The notes under the pieces were generated by a model. The model was not told where the DNA came from and did no database searches. It saw only the letters and a program-made list of their open reading frames with translations. A program made the translations under genes and the position numbers. Below, piece by piece: positions 1 to 12,524 of a DNA stretch of 64,000 bases. Within the stretch, counting starts at the first letter, position 1. Each line of letters starts with the position of its first letter. The DNA comes from Cyanophora paradoxa CCMP329. Taxonomy: Eukaryota; Plantae; Glaucophyta. The DNA is taken from contig QPMI01000597.1 of NCBI GenBank assembly GCA_004431415.1, positions 1 to 64,000 of the forward strand, written 5' to 3'.

Positions 1-175
1 AGAGCTTAAACAGCGCTTCAAACCGATATGCAGAACGTTGCGAGATCATAATCTGGTGATGAGATACAAGCGTTTGAAGATGCCGATAATCGATTTACCG
101 AAACTTCGGTGAAACGTGAGCGAAACTTGAACCGTGAGATCATATACCCTACTATGGTTTATTCCCCGGGTTTTC

Positions 176-258
176 ATGGCGCATTTAATGGCGCATTTAA
201 TGGCGCATTTAATGGCGCATTTTATGGCGCATTTTATGGCGCATTTTATGGCGCATTT
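176..258. repeat. 12-bp tandem minisatellite (ATGGCGCATTT[A/T]), ~7 copies
   Basis: Directly visible; it produces the GAFN/GAFY repeat in ORF 109..324. Confidence 0.95.
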
Positions 259-321
259 GATGAAAAGTCCCTACTCTGTGGCATGAACCAATCAGAAGCC
301 AGCAAATTTAAAATTAATATA

Positions 322-424
322 TGAGGTATTATCTGAGATATAATCTGAGGTATTATCTGAGATATAATCTGAGGTATTATCTGAGGTATTATCTGATCGA
401 GATGTTATCTGAGATGTGATCTGT
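322..424. repeat. 12-bp tandem minisatellite (TGAGGTATTATC / TGAGATATAATC variants)
   Basis: Directly visible tandem units that degenerate towards the 3' end. Confidence 0.9.
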
Positions 425-829
425 GATGTAAACCTGGGGAGAAGTTGAAGGGGGATACATTGAAAGTCAGTGAGCCAATCAGATTGCGTCACACATATAT
501 ACATATACATCATGACAATATACACATCGCCGTGATCGTCATAATCTCCCGAGTCACGTGGTATGTCATATATATCATATACATATACATCGTCATCATG
601 ACGTCATATATATATATCACATATACACAAATCGATATGTCATAGCTATGACCATAAATCGATTTTCTATGATATATATCGTATATACTATATTGATATA
701 GTGACGTATATACGATTAAAAAGCAATTACAATTCTATTGTTTTTATTGTCTTTTCTATCGTTGTTTCTAGTGTAAAAAATACAGTAAAAAACCGTTCAA
801 AAAATACAGTAAAAAATAAGAGGTTTTAA

Positions 830-3322
830 ATTGTTACTGAGGCTTACTGAGATTTTACGTTTTGTTTTGTGTGGTTACTGTGAATGGTTTGTTTTTTATT
901 TGTTACTGGCTTGTGTTTCTCACAATAAACTTGATACATTTCCCTCTCATCATTAAAGAAATCATGGACTTCCCATACTGTGTGACATCCACATTCCTTA
1001 ACATCTCTTTGGCGCTTTTCCCAAGCCATTGGTATATGTTTGTGTTTAATAACTTTTAAGCATGTTAAAAAAGCAATCAAATTTTTGTAATTCATGGGAG
1101 ACACGGCGGATAAAAAGGATATAACTTCGATTAAATATAATTAATCGAGATTATGATATAACTTCGATAAATAAGATTTAAGATATAACCACGGAGCACG
1201 CCGGGAGCGTAGAGTAGGGCGCGCGGGATAGCGGCGACCGGTGGGCCCCCGCAGAGACTCCGCAGCGTGTCCGAAAACCTCCCCAAGCCGCCACGCCTCC
1301 CAGGAGCAAGCGTATCGGTTCTCGCATTCCGCGCGCCAGCAGTCGCTGCCGGCCTTCAGCCCTAGTCGCAGGTAGCTCAGTGTGCGATCGAACAGCCGTC
1401 CAGCCGGCCCGCTCGCCCGATCGGGAGCGCGGCCCGATCGGGACGCGGCCTCGCGTACGCGAACTGGGCAAGGGTCGCCAACCGCGGCCACCAGGACGCT
1501 ATCCCTCGCTCTTAACTGCTCTTCATAGGCACCGATGCTCTGCGCTCCGTCGATCACGGCTCGGCTCACGCTTTCCACTCGGCAGCTTCGTGCACGCGGG
1601 CGCGCGCAGGCGTACGCGAGGGCGATCATCGACACCGGGCTTCGATACCGCCAGGAGCCGCCTGCGCTGCCCCGCGCGCTGCCCCACCGCCCGTGGCACA
1701 GCCGCCTGTCCGCACTAGCTATAGCACTTCAGCCAGATCTAGCGACCGCGGCGCCGGCCGCCGCTTAGAGACTGGAGACGTCGCTTAGGCCCTCAGCGCG
1801 CAGCCGAGTACGCCCTCATAGCTGCACGACTGCATCGATATCGTTACTTTTAAGCCATGAATACCGCTCGCCGTCCCATGTCTGCGCATGCGACGACGTG
1901 GCCTGCCCCGACGGCGCTCGGCCTGCCCTCGCGGGCGCTGTGCAAATGCCGTCCGGGCGGCCCGTCGAGCGGCCAGGAAGAGACATGGCGCCTTTTAGTT
2001 TTGCTGCACTGGCAGCGTGCCTGCGCCACCGTTTCTCGCTTTTCCGCCGGCGCCGGGCCGCCATGGCGCGCGCGCGCCTCACTCTCCGCGCCCCAGCCTC
2101 AGGTTCTTGCTCCATTGATCCACCCCCGCCCCCGCCCCGCCCCGCCCCGCCCCTGTCGCCCGGCCCTCCCTGCCAGGCGGCGACCCGGGCTCTGGTCCAC
2201 CTCCTCTCGGGCCCTGCGAATGCGGCGACCCCCCCCCCCCTCCCCGGCATGTCCGTGGCCACGGCCGCGGCCCCGCCCTCCTGACCCTCCCGATCCCCGC
2301 GCCCGCGGTGTGCGGCAGCGCGACCCGTGGCCGCGCCGGCGGCGGCCACGGGGTGGGCCTCCCACCTGACGACGGCGAACACTAGCAGAGACGGCCCTGC
2401 GCCGGCGTCCTCATTTCCTTTTTGTATTCGGGCCTTCCCCTCCCTTCCTCCGTTCCGTTCGTTCCTCAGCTAGCTATAGCGCCGCTAGCAGTACCTATTA
2501 TGTAGAGCCCCATCGAAGTTTTAGATGAGCACGTCGACTACAAACTCATGTACATAGCCGTAGGACCAGCCAGTGCTTATTTTCGGTCGATGTCCCACCT
2601 CGCCTCAACGACCACTAGTCTTTCAGACGCCGCTCTAGCATTCGGAGACGAGCACCTGGCGCCCGTTAGGGGCGTCAGCTCTACGTATACTCGCCGCGTG
2701 GCGGACTAGGCTCGCGGGGCGGCCCTGGCTGCCCTGACGCACCAGCCCTCTAGAGGGCGTCCCCATGCCCCGACGGGTCCGGTCCGGCACGCTCTTGTAT
2801 ATGCATACCTCGTAGATCTCCGACATCGCCTCAGTTCATGATCATGATCATCCGTGCAATCGGTTTTCCACATCGGCTTCTAGCACTACCACTTGTACAT
2901 ATACCTCTTCATAGTGGCCCCGCGCCCCCGCTGTCCGGGGCGGGCGCCAGTAGAGTAGCACGCCTCGGTCACGTAGATAGAGGTGTGCTTGAATAACGCA
3001 AACGACCCCGGCGGGGTCCCCTCCTGGAACTTCGATTAATTCGATTTTTGTTACTGAGGCTTACTGAGATTTAGTGAGATTTGGAATTGGGTTACTGTGA
3101 ATGGTTTGTTTTTCTTGGGAATTGTTTTGGAGACACGGCGCATAAAAAAGATATAACTTCGATAAGATATAATTAATCGAGATTATGATATAACTTCGAT
3201 TAATTCAATTTTGGTTACTGAGGCTTACTGAGATTTACTGATATTCAAGATTGGGTTACTGGGAATGGTTTGTTTTCTGATTTGTTTTGATTTTTCGCGG
3301 GTATTTTTTTGGAGACACGGCG
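830..3322. repeat. AT-rich ~164-bp repeat family, 3 units (~830-1170, ~3028-3200, ~3200-3322), interrupted by ~1.85 kb of GC-rich DNA
   Basis: GTTACTGAGGCTTACTGAGATTT at 833, 3050 and 3214. GGAGACACGGCG at 1097, 3129 and 3311. The block ATATAATTAATCGAGATTATGATATAACTTCGAT is shared by units 1 and 2. Confidence 0.9.
844..1029 (-). CDS. Small intronless AT-rich hypothetical protein (61 aa), Cys/His-containing, possibly foreign or viral
   Basis: MAWEKRQRDVKECGCHTVWEVHDFFNDEREMYQVYCEKHK... has protein-like composition and AT-rich codons unlike the host genes. Confidence 0.4.
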   Translation of the reverse strand: MAWEKRQRDVKECGCHTVWEVHDFFNDEREMYQVYCEKHKPVTNKKQTIHSNHTKQNVKSQ

Positions 3323-3550
3323 CAGTGCTGAGCTTCCACGTGCACGCAGAACAACGGCTGCAGCTGCGCTACGAGGCTATACAGTATGTGTACATGTGTG
3401 TACAGCCGTAACCTGCTATCCTTGCCCATTCAGAGCCTGGTTCATACTATGAGACTATGGCAGACTAGACTAGTTTTGATTTACACTAATAACACGCAGT
3501 AGCCTCGCCCCCCTCCCCTACCGTCGTACCCCCTTTCCATCTGCTCTGTG

Positions 3551-4156
3551 CTATTCTGGACCTGTGCTGTTCGAAGCTTCGTGTGCCGAACTTTGCCCGT
3601 CGCGCCCCTCGGCGAGGGCGTCGTCCTGCACCAGCGGCTGCTGCTGCTGCTGCTGCGGGGCCCCGCGGACGCCTCCGCCGCCACCCGCGCCCGCGTCGCT
3701 TCCGCGAGCCGGCGACCTTCCCCTCCCAGGTCGCGGGCCGCCGGCGGCGTCGGGGAAAGGCCTGCGGGGCGGGCTGGGCGGGGGCGGCGGGGCGGGGCGG
3801 GCTCGGGGAGGCCGAGGGCGCGGCGGCCTGGAGGGGCCCGAGGTCGGCGACGAGGGCGGGGTCGGCCCCCGCGGCGAGGAGGCCCTCCACCGCCGCCCCT
3901 CCTCGAACGCCAGCACCTCCTCCTCCGTCGCCGCCCCCGCCGCCCGCCACAGCGCCGTCTCCACCGCGCGCCGCCACCGCTCCCGCGCGGCGCAGTGGCG
4001 CTGGAAGGAGGGCGGCCCCTCGAAGCGCGCCAGCTCCTGCTGCCGCCTCCGGTTCCGCTCCGGCACCGCCATCGCCACCGCCACCGGCACCGGCACCGGC
4101 GACGGCAGCTCCGGCGGCGGGGGCGGGGCCTCGGCCTCGTCCTCGGCCTCGGGCGG

Positions 4157-4191
<35 letters not shown>

Positions 4192-5796
4192 GGGCCTCCT
4201 GGGCGCGCGCGAGGCGGCGCAGCTGGGTGGGGCGTCGGGGGCGGGGGGGCGGGGGGCGCGGGGGGGGTGGCGGCGGGGGGCGCGCCTCGGCGAAGTCGAG
4301 GATGGCGTCCAGGTGGGGCACCACCGTGCCCCCCTCCACGCTCTCCGCCCACGGCAGGCCCTCCTTCCCCACCCGCGCCACCGCCTGCCCCACGCACCGC
4401 CCCTCAGCCTTCGCTGCCGGCGGGCAGGAGCGGGCGGGGGCGGGGCGCCTGTCGCAGCTCGTAGTAGCGGTCGCCGACGGCGCGCGGGGAGATGCCGCCC
4501 AGCGCGACGCAGACCTGCCGACCCGGCTCGCTCTCCGCTCTTCGCGGGGCGGGGCGCAGGGGAGCGGGGCGGTGCGGGGCGCCTTGGCGATGATCTGCTT
4601 GCGTTGAGGGACGGTAAGGGTCAGGCGGGGACCCTCCGGGGCGGCGGAGGCGGCGCTCCCCGCCTCGCGCCACTCCTCCTCGTCCGTCTCCGCCGCCTGG
4701 CCCGCCTCCCCCGCCCCCGTCGCCGCCTCGGCCCCGCCTCCGCCGCCAGGACGCGCCCCGCCGCCCGCGGGTTGTTCTCCAGCGCCAGCGCGATGGCCGC
4801 CCCGCAGACGAGCTGCGGCCGCCGCCCGTCCTGCACCCACATCTCCTGTGCGCCCGTTAGCGACGGGAGGCGGGCGGGGAGGCGCGCCGGGGGCACAATC
4901 GCGTGCCTTCGCAATCTCGAGGATGCGTATCGTCTGCTGCAGGACCCTGCTTCTCCTCCCTGCCGTGGCGGCGGCGCCTCAGAGAGGGGCGCGGGGTGCG
5001 AGCGGGGCGGGGCCGGAGACCCAGGACGAGGCCCAAGTTCGAGCACGTGCGCTCGACGTAGACCACGGGCTCGTGGGCCGGCACCACGAGTTTGAACTCC
5101 TGCTGCACCGCCCCGCACATGCGGAACAAGGAGAAGACCAGCATGCCGGCCGCGTCCTGTGCCGCCGGCGGCAGGTGAGCGGGCACGCGCGCAGCGACGG
5201 CGGGCGACGCACGGCGACGTCCATGCAGGAGACGGGCGTCTCGTTCTGCGGCATACGATGTACGTGCTGGCGGCGGCCATGTAGTTGACCAGGCGCCGCC
5301 TCGACCAGCTGTCGCCGCAGTGAGCGCAGGAGCGCAGGCCGTTGCGAAGAAAACGTAAGCGCAAGAACACCTGGAGTCTATGATGCGCCGCATCAGGCTG
5401 CACGCCTCCCTTTGATGCGCCGCGAGACCCCAAGGATCGACCCTAGCTGATCTACGCGCTTTAAAGCGGCTTTCTGCGAAAGATAAGACACAGGTATCTA
5501 GTGGCAGGACGTAGAGAGCGCACCACACGCCAAGCCTGGCGCTCACACTCCGAGTGAACCCCCGGCCCGCTGAGCCGGGCACCGCGTAGGCCGCCGTTCA
5601 CGTCGTTGTTCCGCACGACGGTGCCGACGCGGTTGAACTTGTCGTCAGGGCCGTTCGCTCTTTCCTTCTTGGTGAACTCGAGGCTGGCGTGCAGGACGCC
5701 CTCCTCCACGACGAGGCCGCAGCTCGAACACACACGTTCGTTCGCCTCCTGCACAATCTCGTCGTTGCAATCTGGACATCGGTCGACCCGGGCCAT
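3551..5796 (-). CDS. TFIIB-related factor (BRF-type TFIIIB subunit-like), spliced; 3' end approximate
   Basis: N-terminal Zn ribbon CPDC-x13-CSSCGLVVEE. Cyclin-fold motifs MAAASTYIVCR..ETPVSCMDVA, EPVVYVER and WVQDGRRPQLVCGAAI. One apparent 1-nt indel near 5249. Confidence 0.8.
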
Positions 5797-5865
5797 CTCA
5801 AGCTAAGGCGCCAAGCTGTACCCTCCTCGCGCCAGCCTCAGGCAGCCTGACGCTTCCCGCAGTCG

Positions 5866-6959
5866 GTGGAGATGAGCGCAATCGACCCTTCTCTGTCGGA
5901 GGCGGACGGGGCTCTTCACTTTGGGACCTGCCACAACGCGCGCCCGAAGAGACCGATTCAGTGCTTCGGGTGTGAGCGTTTTGGACACACTTCAAGAGAG
6001 TGCTCAGGAGCGAAGCGCTCGGCGAGGCGCCACCCCCCTCCCGCGGCCTCACGGCCGCTGGAGACGGAGGTGGGCTCCCGAGCGATAGTGCAGACGGCGC
6101 CGGCGCCGAGCCCGGCGTTGGGGCGGTGGAGACGACCCCTGCGGTGGCGGCGGCGGCGGCGGCGGCGGCGCGGCGGCGGCGGCGGCGGCGACGCCGCCAG
6201 TGGCGACGGCGGTGGCGGTGACGGCGGCGATGCCGCCGGCAGCGGTGGCGACGACGGGCCGGCTGGTCCGGGGACGGCGTCAAAGGCGGCGAAGGCGTCG
6301 CCGGCACGGCACAAGACCACGGCCAACAAGCCGAAGGGGACTCGGGCCAGGGAATCCGGGCCCTCCGAGGACGGCTCCCCTTCGGCCGCCCTCACGAAGC
6401 GGCGAGCGATTACAGAGGAGGCGGATGAAATGGCGCTGGCGATGGAGGAGGCGGGCCTCTCCCCGGAAGAGAGGGCCCAAATGTTTCTTGCGGCCCTCCA
6501 GGCGGAGGAGACCCCGTCCCCGCCCGCCCCAACCGTTACAGAACCCTTTCTTTTGCCAGGATTGAGAGCAGGATTCTTTAGATGAGTCGGTATAGTTCTT
6601 CCTTTCTGATTGACCTTCATCTCTTCAGAGGTTTTTGCACCTACAGCTAGCCACTGTAGGTTCTGTGCCACCGCGCTTCACAGGCTTTTCCTCTGTTCGT
6701 ACACGGGTCGATCAGCTCTTTGGCCGTCTCTTGGCTAGTCGGATGCTTCTGGTATACGTAGTCACTGAGCTCTGGGCTTTACTCAGTTCCTCGGTTTCAG
6801 TCCCTCCTCGTCTACTGTACGTCATGGCGGTAGATGGCGCCACCTACGTGTCTTCATGCCGTAGGTGTCTCGACCAGCGAGATTTAGCGCTGAGAGGATA
6901 GACTTTAAACCTGTTAGGTGTACATAGGTGGTGTACCCCTAATAGGAGCACACACACAC
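5866..6959 (+). mobile_element. Decayed, internally deleted non-LTR retrotransposon (ORF1 zinc knuckle + ORF2 C-terminal remnant + (CA)n tail)
   Basis: CX2CX4HX4C knuckle CFGCERFGHTSREC (5962-6003). Degenerate C-terminal finger FCQD*EQDSLDESV*FFLSD*P (~6550-6615). No introns. CACACACACA at 6949-6958. Confidence 0.65.
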
Positions 6960-7196
6960 CTGAACAGCTTCAAGGGCAGCTAGCTAGCTATAGCTACAGC
7001 TGCAGTTCATGGCGTGCAAGCCGGCACGTTTAGGCTGTTGAGCCTGCGTACGCGTGCGCTAAACCGATTCCGCTGTGGAGGCTATTCAAACTCGCTAGCG
7101 CTACGACACTACGTATACCGATTTGAGTCTATCTAGACTAATCTAGACAGACTCAGGTCTAATCTAGACTACTAAGGTCATGCGGCAGTAGGCGCG

Positions 7197-8335
7197 CTAC
7201 GTCCGCGCGCCTCCCAAGCCTATAGCTAGGCCTGCGGCCGCGGCCGCGGCCGCTGCCGACGCCGGCGCCGGCGCGGCGGCTCGTGCGGTCGCAGCCCCCG
7301 CGGCGTGCCTCGCGTCATTGTCCCGCACGGTCGCCGGCGGCGTGACGCTCGAGAACTCCATGTCCATCCGCTGGGCCGCCCTGAGGCTCGCCGGGGGCGT
7401 ACGCGTGGGGATCCACATGGGAGGCGTGAGGTCGTAAAGCCCTGCGCCGCCCGGGCGCAGGTGTGAAGGGCGTCGAAGCGGAGACTTTGGCAGTAGAAGC
7501 GGAGACTTTGACAGTATCTTACTACTAATGCGTACCGGCGCATTGCTCTTTTGTCAAGGGCTTGGGCTTCTCACTGCAAAAGAAGAGCCGACTGACGCCC
7601 GGGCAAGGTGAGCTTCAAGAAGGGCAGGAGGGAGCATTCGCGGCGGACCTCAGCGTGCTGTCACCAGCCGCCATTTTACACTCCATCCACGCGAGAATGC
7701 GCCGGGTCCACGTGCCGTCCAACTCCTTCCGAGGCGAGGCCGGCGGCCACTCCTCTGCTGTAAGGTCTCGGTGGGGGGAAGGTTGTACGTCACCGTCTCC
7801 GCCGCGGCCGCTGCTCGTACTACTGCTACTGCTGGTACCGCTGCTGCCAGCACCCGCCCCTCGAACCCGCTCCTTGTCGGTGATCTGAAAGCGTCTTCAG
7901 CTCTGCATGACGCGAAGGTCGCGGCGGGCGCACAGGCGCTGCTGGCGTGGCACCGGTCTGGCTGCATGCAGCTGACGGGCCGGCGGTACTTGTTGTTAAC
8001 GTTGTAGGCGGCGGTGCGGGCGGCGAGCGCCTGCCTGCGAGCGCTTCTGGTTCAATTGTGAGGCCGAAGGACAGAGCGTGCAAGCACGGACTCGTGGCTT
8101 CTCGTTGCGCGAGCTCAGCGAGCTCGTCAGCGGTCGGAGGAGTGAAGAATTGCGCGACGTTAGAGGCTGACAGCACCTGCTCACGTAAACGTCGAGCGTC
8201 GCTGCGCTCGCTACGCTGTCAGCGCGGCACCTTGCGGATCTTGCGCGGTCCGCTGTTCAACCCCAGTTCCTGGAAGCTGCCTCCCCCCGGCCGCGGCTTC
8301 GGCGGGCGGGGCAAGTGCGAGTCTGCGCTTGCCAT
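7197..8335 (-). CDS. Hypothetical protein, spliced
   Basis: Frame is continuous across GT-AG introns: MASADSHL..KIRK|VLSASNVAQFF..|..NNKYRRP|ITDKE..WTRRILAWMECK..|EKPKPLTKEQCA|GLYDLTPPMWIP.. Confidence 0.55.
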
Positions 8336-8613
8336 GTTGCTACACACTTCACGGCCTACCAGTATACGTTCGTTCCTGGGAGCCGAGGTGAGGCTGATAG
8401 GCACGGCTTGAAGGCTAGCCAGGAGGCTCTACATGGGGCTACCGTGATAAACAAACCGGCCGTTCCAGCAGCTCGCCGTTCCAGCAGCAGGGGGGGGGTA
8501 CTGTGTCCAACTCGTCCAACTTTCCTCCAACTTTCGTCCAGCTTTCGAATTTGTCTAAAACTTTCGTCCAAACTTTAAACCACACGCGTCTGACCCCCTG
8601 TCTGCCCACGGAG

Positions 8614-9596
8614 ATGGCTTTCCGCGCGAAACCCAGCATCTTGAATCGGCCCTTGAAGAACCCCGCGCCCAACACGCAGCTGCATGCATCAATCGATGTG
8701 CAAGCCGATCAGGAGAAAGCAAGGCTGGAGGCGCTCGCGCAGAAGAAGAAGGTATTGAAAGCCGTGTCTTTTGAAGACGACTGCTAACTACTGCGCCCTC
8801 TTCACAACAAAGGCGATGCAAGACGAGGCCTTGAAACGCATGTTTGGTAGCTGCTTCAGCACGCGTCCAACTAGTTGCTCGTCGCTGAACCGTGTCCCGC
8901 ATCCAGGCACGCCAGAGGAGAAGGCGGAGATCGCACGCCGGGAGGCACAGGAACACGAACGACACCTGCAGGTCCGTCCTCCCTCGGTCCTTCGGGCATC
9001 TTGATCATGGGCTGTCGGATCGTACGCGCACGCGTAGCGCTAAGTATTTTGCTGCAGATTAGGCATAGCTTGCAAGCCCAGGCCCAAGCCCAGGAGGCCA
9101 ACGTCTCGGTGCGCTGGAGGCCCCCGCAGGCTTCGCTTCGATGCTGCCGTCGTGCATTAGGACAGGAAACGGGCTGGCTGACGCCAACTGTCGGCGCAGG
9201 CTGCCATGATCTCCGCAGTCCAAGTACTTATACTGCGCGCCTCGCGCCTCGCGTCGCTTGCTGACACTGCTGTTCGCAGGCTAACCTGGACGCGGACAAG
9301 GAGAGGGAAGAGGCACGGAAACAGTATGCGCGGCAGGTGAGGAGCACAAGCGCTCGCGCGCCGACCGCAGCCTGCGGGACGCGATACGCGGCTCACCGGG
9401 GGTCATTGGCCGCCAGGTCCTGGAGGAGAACAAGCGGCTGATCGAGCTTCGCAACAAGTCTCGTGCGGAGCAGTACCGCAGCGAACTGGAAAAAGACCGC
9501 GCCGACGCTGCGCGCCCCGAGGTGAGCAGACCTTCGCTCCCCCTTCCACGCCCGCCCAACGGTTCCGCGCAGCCCTGGAATAGGAGCCTGGTATAG
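8614..9596 (+). CDS. Hypothetical coiled-coil protein, spliced
   Basis: MAFRAKPSILNRP..LAQKKK|AMQDEALKRMF..ERHLQ|..|ANLDADKEREEARKQYARQ|VLEENKRLIELRNK..|PWNRSLV*; GT-AG introns. Confidence 0.65.
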
Positions 9597-9734
9597 TACG
9601 AATGACGCGACCTGGTATAGTGCGTGCAGCAGCGCGCTTGTATTCAACCGCAGTGTAAAGCACCAAAACATATTTACAAAGAGGGCGCCGTGGCGCGAGG
9701 GCGCCGTGGCGCGGAGGCGCCCGTCCGGATCCAT

Positions 9735-12122
9735 TCAGGTGGCGGCGGGGGCGGCGAGGAGGGAGGGGCGGCGGGGGCCTGCGGGGGCGGCGGCGGGGGC
9801 GCGGGGCTTGTCGTGGGCGGGCAGCTCGGTGCCCTGCATCGCGGCGTGAAGCGCCTCCAGCGAGTCGGCGAAGACGAACGTCGGCCGGTGCACGTGCCTC
9901 GCATTCGCGTGCGCCGCCTCCTGCTCCCCCGCCGGCGGGCCCGGGGCCGCCGAAGCCGCAGCCGGGGGCAGCGGGGCGCCGGGGGCGGGCGGCGGGCTGG
10001 CCGAGGGCACGTCCGTGATGTCGAGCTCGAGGGCCGGGGCCTTTAGCGCGCGGGGCGGGGCGGCGAGCGGGGGCGGCGCCGTGAGGGCGAACGTGCACTC
10101 CACGCCCTACACGCGGCGCGGCTCAAGCGTCAGCCGCCCATCGACGCGACGCGAAGCGGGGCGGGGCGGGGCGGGGCGGGGCACGTAGTGGTCGGAGAGC
10201 TGGGAGTAGGGGCGGCGGGCCACGAAGAAGGGCTCGACGCGGGCGGTGCCGGCGACGGGCCGCACGTGGGCGTGCCGGTGGGCCGCGTCCAGCCCCGGCA
10301 CCAGCTCGCAGAGCGGCGGGATGTAGAAGATGTAGTCGATCCTGCCGCCGCGCGCGCCCCCGCGCGCTCGGTGAGGCGGGCTGGAGGGGGAGAGGATGCA
10401 ATGGGGCGCGGCGGGGCACACGACTGCATGGTGACGAGGTCGTCCTCGTGCGTCAGCGCCGTCTCCCGGGGCAGCAGCGGCCCGCCCGGGTAGTCCTGCG
10501 AGGCCCTCGAGCGCGCCCCGCGGGCCGGCGGGACGGGGCGGCGGGGCGGGACGGGGCGGAGCGGAGCGGGGCGGGCCTGGACGGCATCGCCGAAGGTGAC
10601 GGGGTGCTGCCCGCCGTTGTCCTCCTGCGCGCGCGCGCGCCTCGACGCCCTCCGGCGCGCGCGCGAGGCCAGGGACGGCGGCGGGCGGGCGGGCGGGCAC
10701 CTTGAGGAGGTCTCGCACGTGACCGGCCGGGTCGACCGCCTGCGCGGGCGCGCGCGCCGCGGCCGCCCGTGAGGCCCCGCGGCAGCAGAGGGGCGAGCAT
10801 GCGCACTCGGAGGAGATCCAGGTACTCGCGAGACTCGCCGGGGGCGGCGGCGGCGCGTGCGGGTTCTTGCGGGTGATCGCCGGCGGGTGGCGGGGGACAG
10901 GCCGTCGGCGAGTGCTCGTGGTGCGCGCGCGAGTTTATGTTGAAGTCCTGCGGAAAACGGCATCGGCCGGCACTGCGTTGGCTGCGCAAACGCGCGGGCC
11001 CCGCGCACGCCGGCGAGGATCACGGGCAGGTCGTTCCCGCGCCGCTTGCTGCCGACGTCGACCCCTTCGCGCGAGCCGGCACTGCGCCAGCTGTGGGCGG
11101 GCAGGCGAGCGCGGACCTCTGCACGAAGGCGCTCAGGCAAGCGAGCTGCTGCTTCCGAATGGCGACGTAGCGCTCCGGCACGGGACAGCCAACCTCCGGG
11201 TACGTCGCCTGAACCGCGTGCTAAGCGAGAGACTGTAGCTGCACCCGGCGAGAGAACACACCTGCAAGTGCGTGCTAAAGAGGTGGAAGCGGCTGGAAGG
11301 TGTGCCGTCCGTCCCCTCAATGAGAGCGTACAGAACGGACTTCGACGCCAGTGCATCGGCCCCTTTGATCGTGCCGCGCGGAAGGACGACCGCGTCAGAG
11401 AGCAATATTCTGAGAGAGCAATCAGTTTTTTGAGCCGAACCCGTTCGTCAAACTTTCGTCTAAATCACTTGGACGAAACGTTAAGCCCCGCGGCGGCCCG
11501 TCCAACTTCAGCGCAGCGTATGCGCGGGGTTGAGTACCGCTTCTTGCTAAGTATAACAAGGCCCGAATCCACGAGGAAGAAGAGCGGCTGCCGAGGTCTC
11601 GCGGAGTATTTGAAGCCGAGTTCCTGGGTACGGAAGGTCAGAGAGCGGTGCGGGCGTTCGAAGGCAGTGCCGCGCGCACCTGTGCGGCCTTGATGAGACG
11701 CCGCGGGCGGTTTGTCCCCAGCGAGAAGACCTCCTCAAGGCAAACGACCTGGCGAAGGGCACGAGTGAGTGCTGCATGCACTTGACGGACCGGACGAGCG
11801 CTGGCGATCCGCGCGGCGAAGAGCGCGCGGCGTGGCTGAGGCGCGATGAGGACGTCTAAAGAGACAGGCAAGGCTACTGTTGAGCGACGGGAGCGCCTCG
11901 AAGGCAAGGGCGGCGCGCGCGCGCGGGGCTCGGGCGTCGGAGTGGCGCACGTCGTACGAGGAAATCAACGCGAGGAAATCGTCCAGTCGCTCGTCCTTGA
12001 AGTCATCTAAAAGAAGATGAGGCGCGCATTCCAAAGCCCTGTACACGGCGCGGGAATAGCAGACCGCCGTTGTTACAGACCCCGGGCGGCCGCAAAAAGA
12101 GGTTCAGCGCCAGGATCCGCAT
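9735..12122 (-). CDS. Endonuclease/exonuclease/phosphatase (EEP) family, neutral sphingomyelinase-like
   Basis: MRILALNLFLRPP, KDERL, VCLEEVF, DALASKSVLY, HLFSTHLQ, VILAG|DFNIN, IDYIF and LSDHY|GV: the full EEP motif set. Confidence 0.9.
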
Positions 12123-12524
12123 GTGGGTGCCGTATTCGCCCGACGCGCGCCGCGTGTCTAGATCTAACGAAGCTGTACCCCCTCCCGAAAGGGAGAGCTG
12201 TACCCCTCGAGCTCCCGGAGGGGAGAAGTTCCAAATTCGATCTTCGAACGTCGAAGTTTGCCAAGTATACGTACGTATACGTATATACGTATACGTTGCC
12301 CGGCCCGAAATCAAAGTCCGCACATGCACGTGATTCGAAGTCCCCGAGATTGCTATAGCTAGCGCTTGCCGCAGTGCATTGCCGCAGTGCGATTGCAATT
12401 GCAATTAATATTGGAATGGCGCCAGGTTTGCACAAGGAAAACAACGGGACGAGGCTAGGCCTAGGTGAAGTACGTATACAGTGGGAAGCGCGGGATCGAG
12501 CTCGGGATCGGAGGGGTTCTAGAG

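Noticed and set aside
109-645. ORFs 109..324, 292..525 and 445..645
   Set aside because: They are translations of 12-bp minisatellites and AT-rich low-complexity DNA.
6554-6615. TGA at cysteine positions as selenocysteine or an alternative genetic code
   Set aside because: An in-frame TAG and loss of the His occur in the same motif, and host genes use TGA as stop; decay is more likely.
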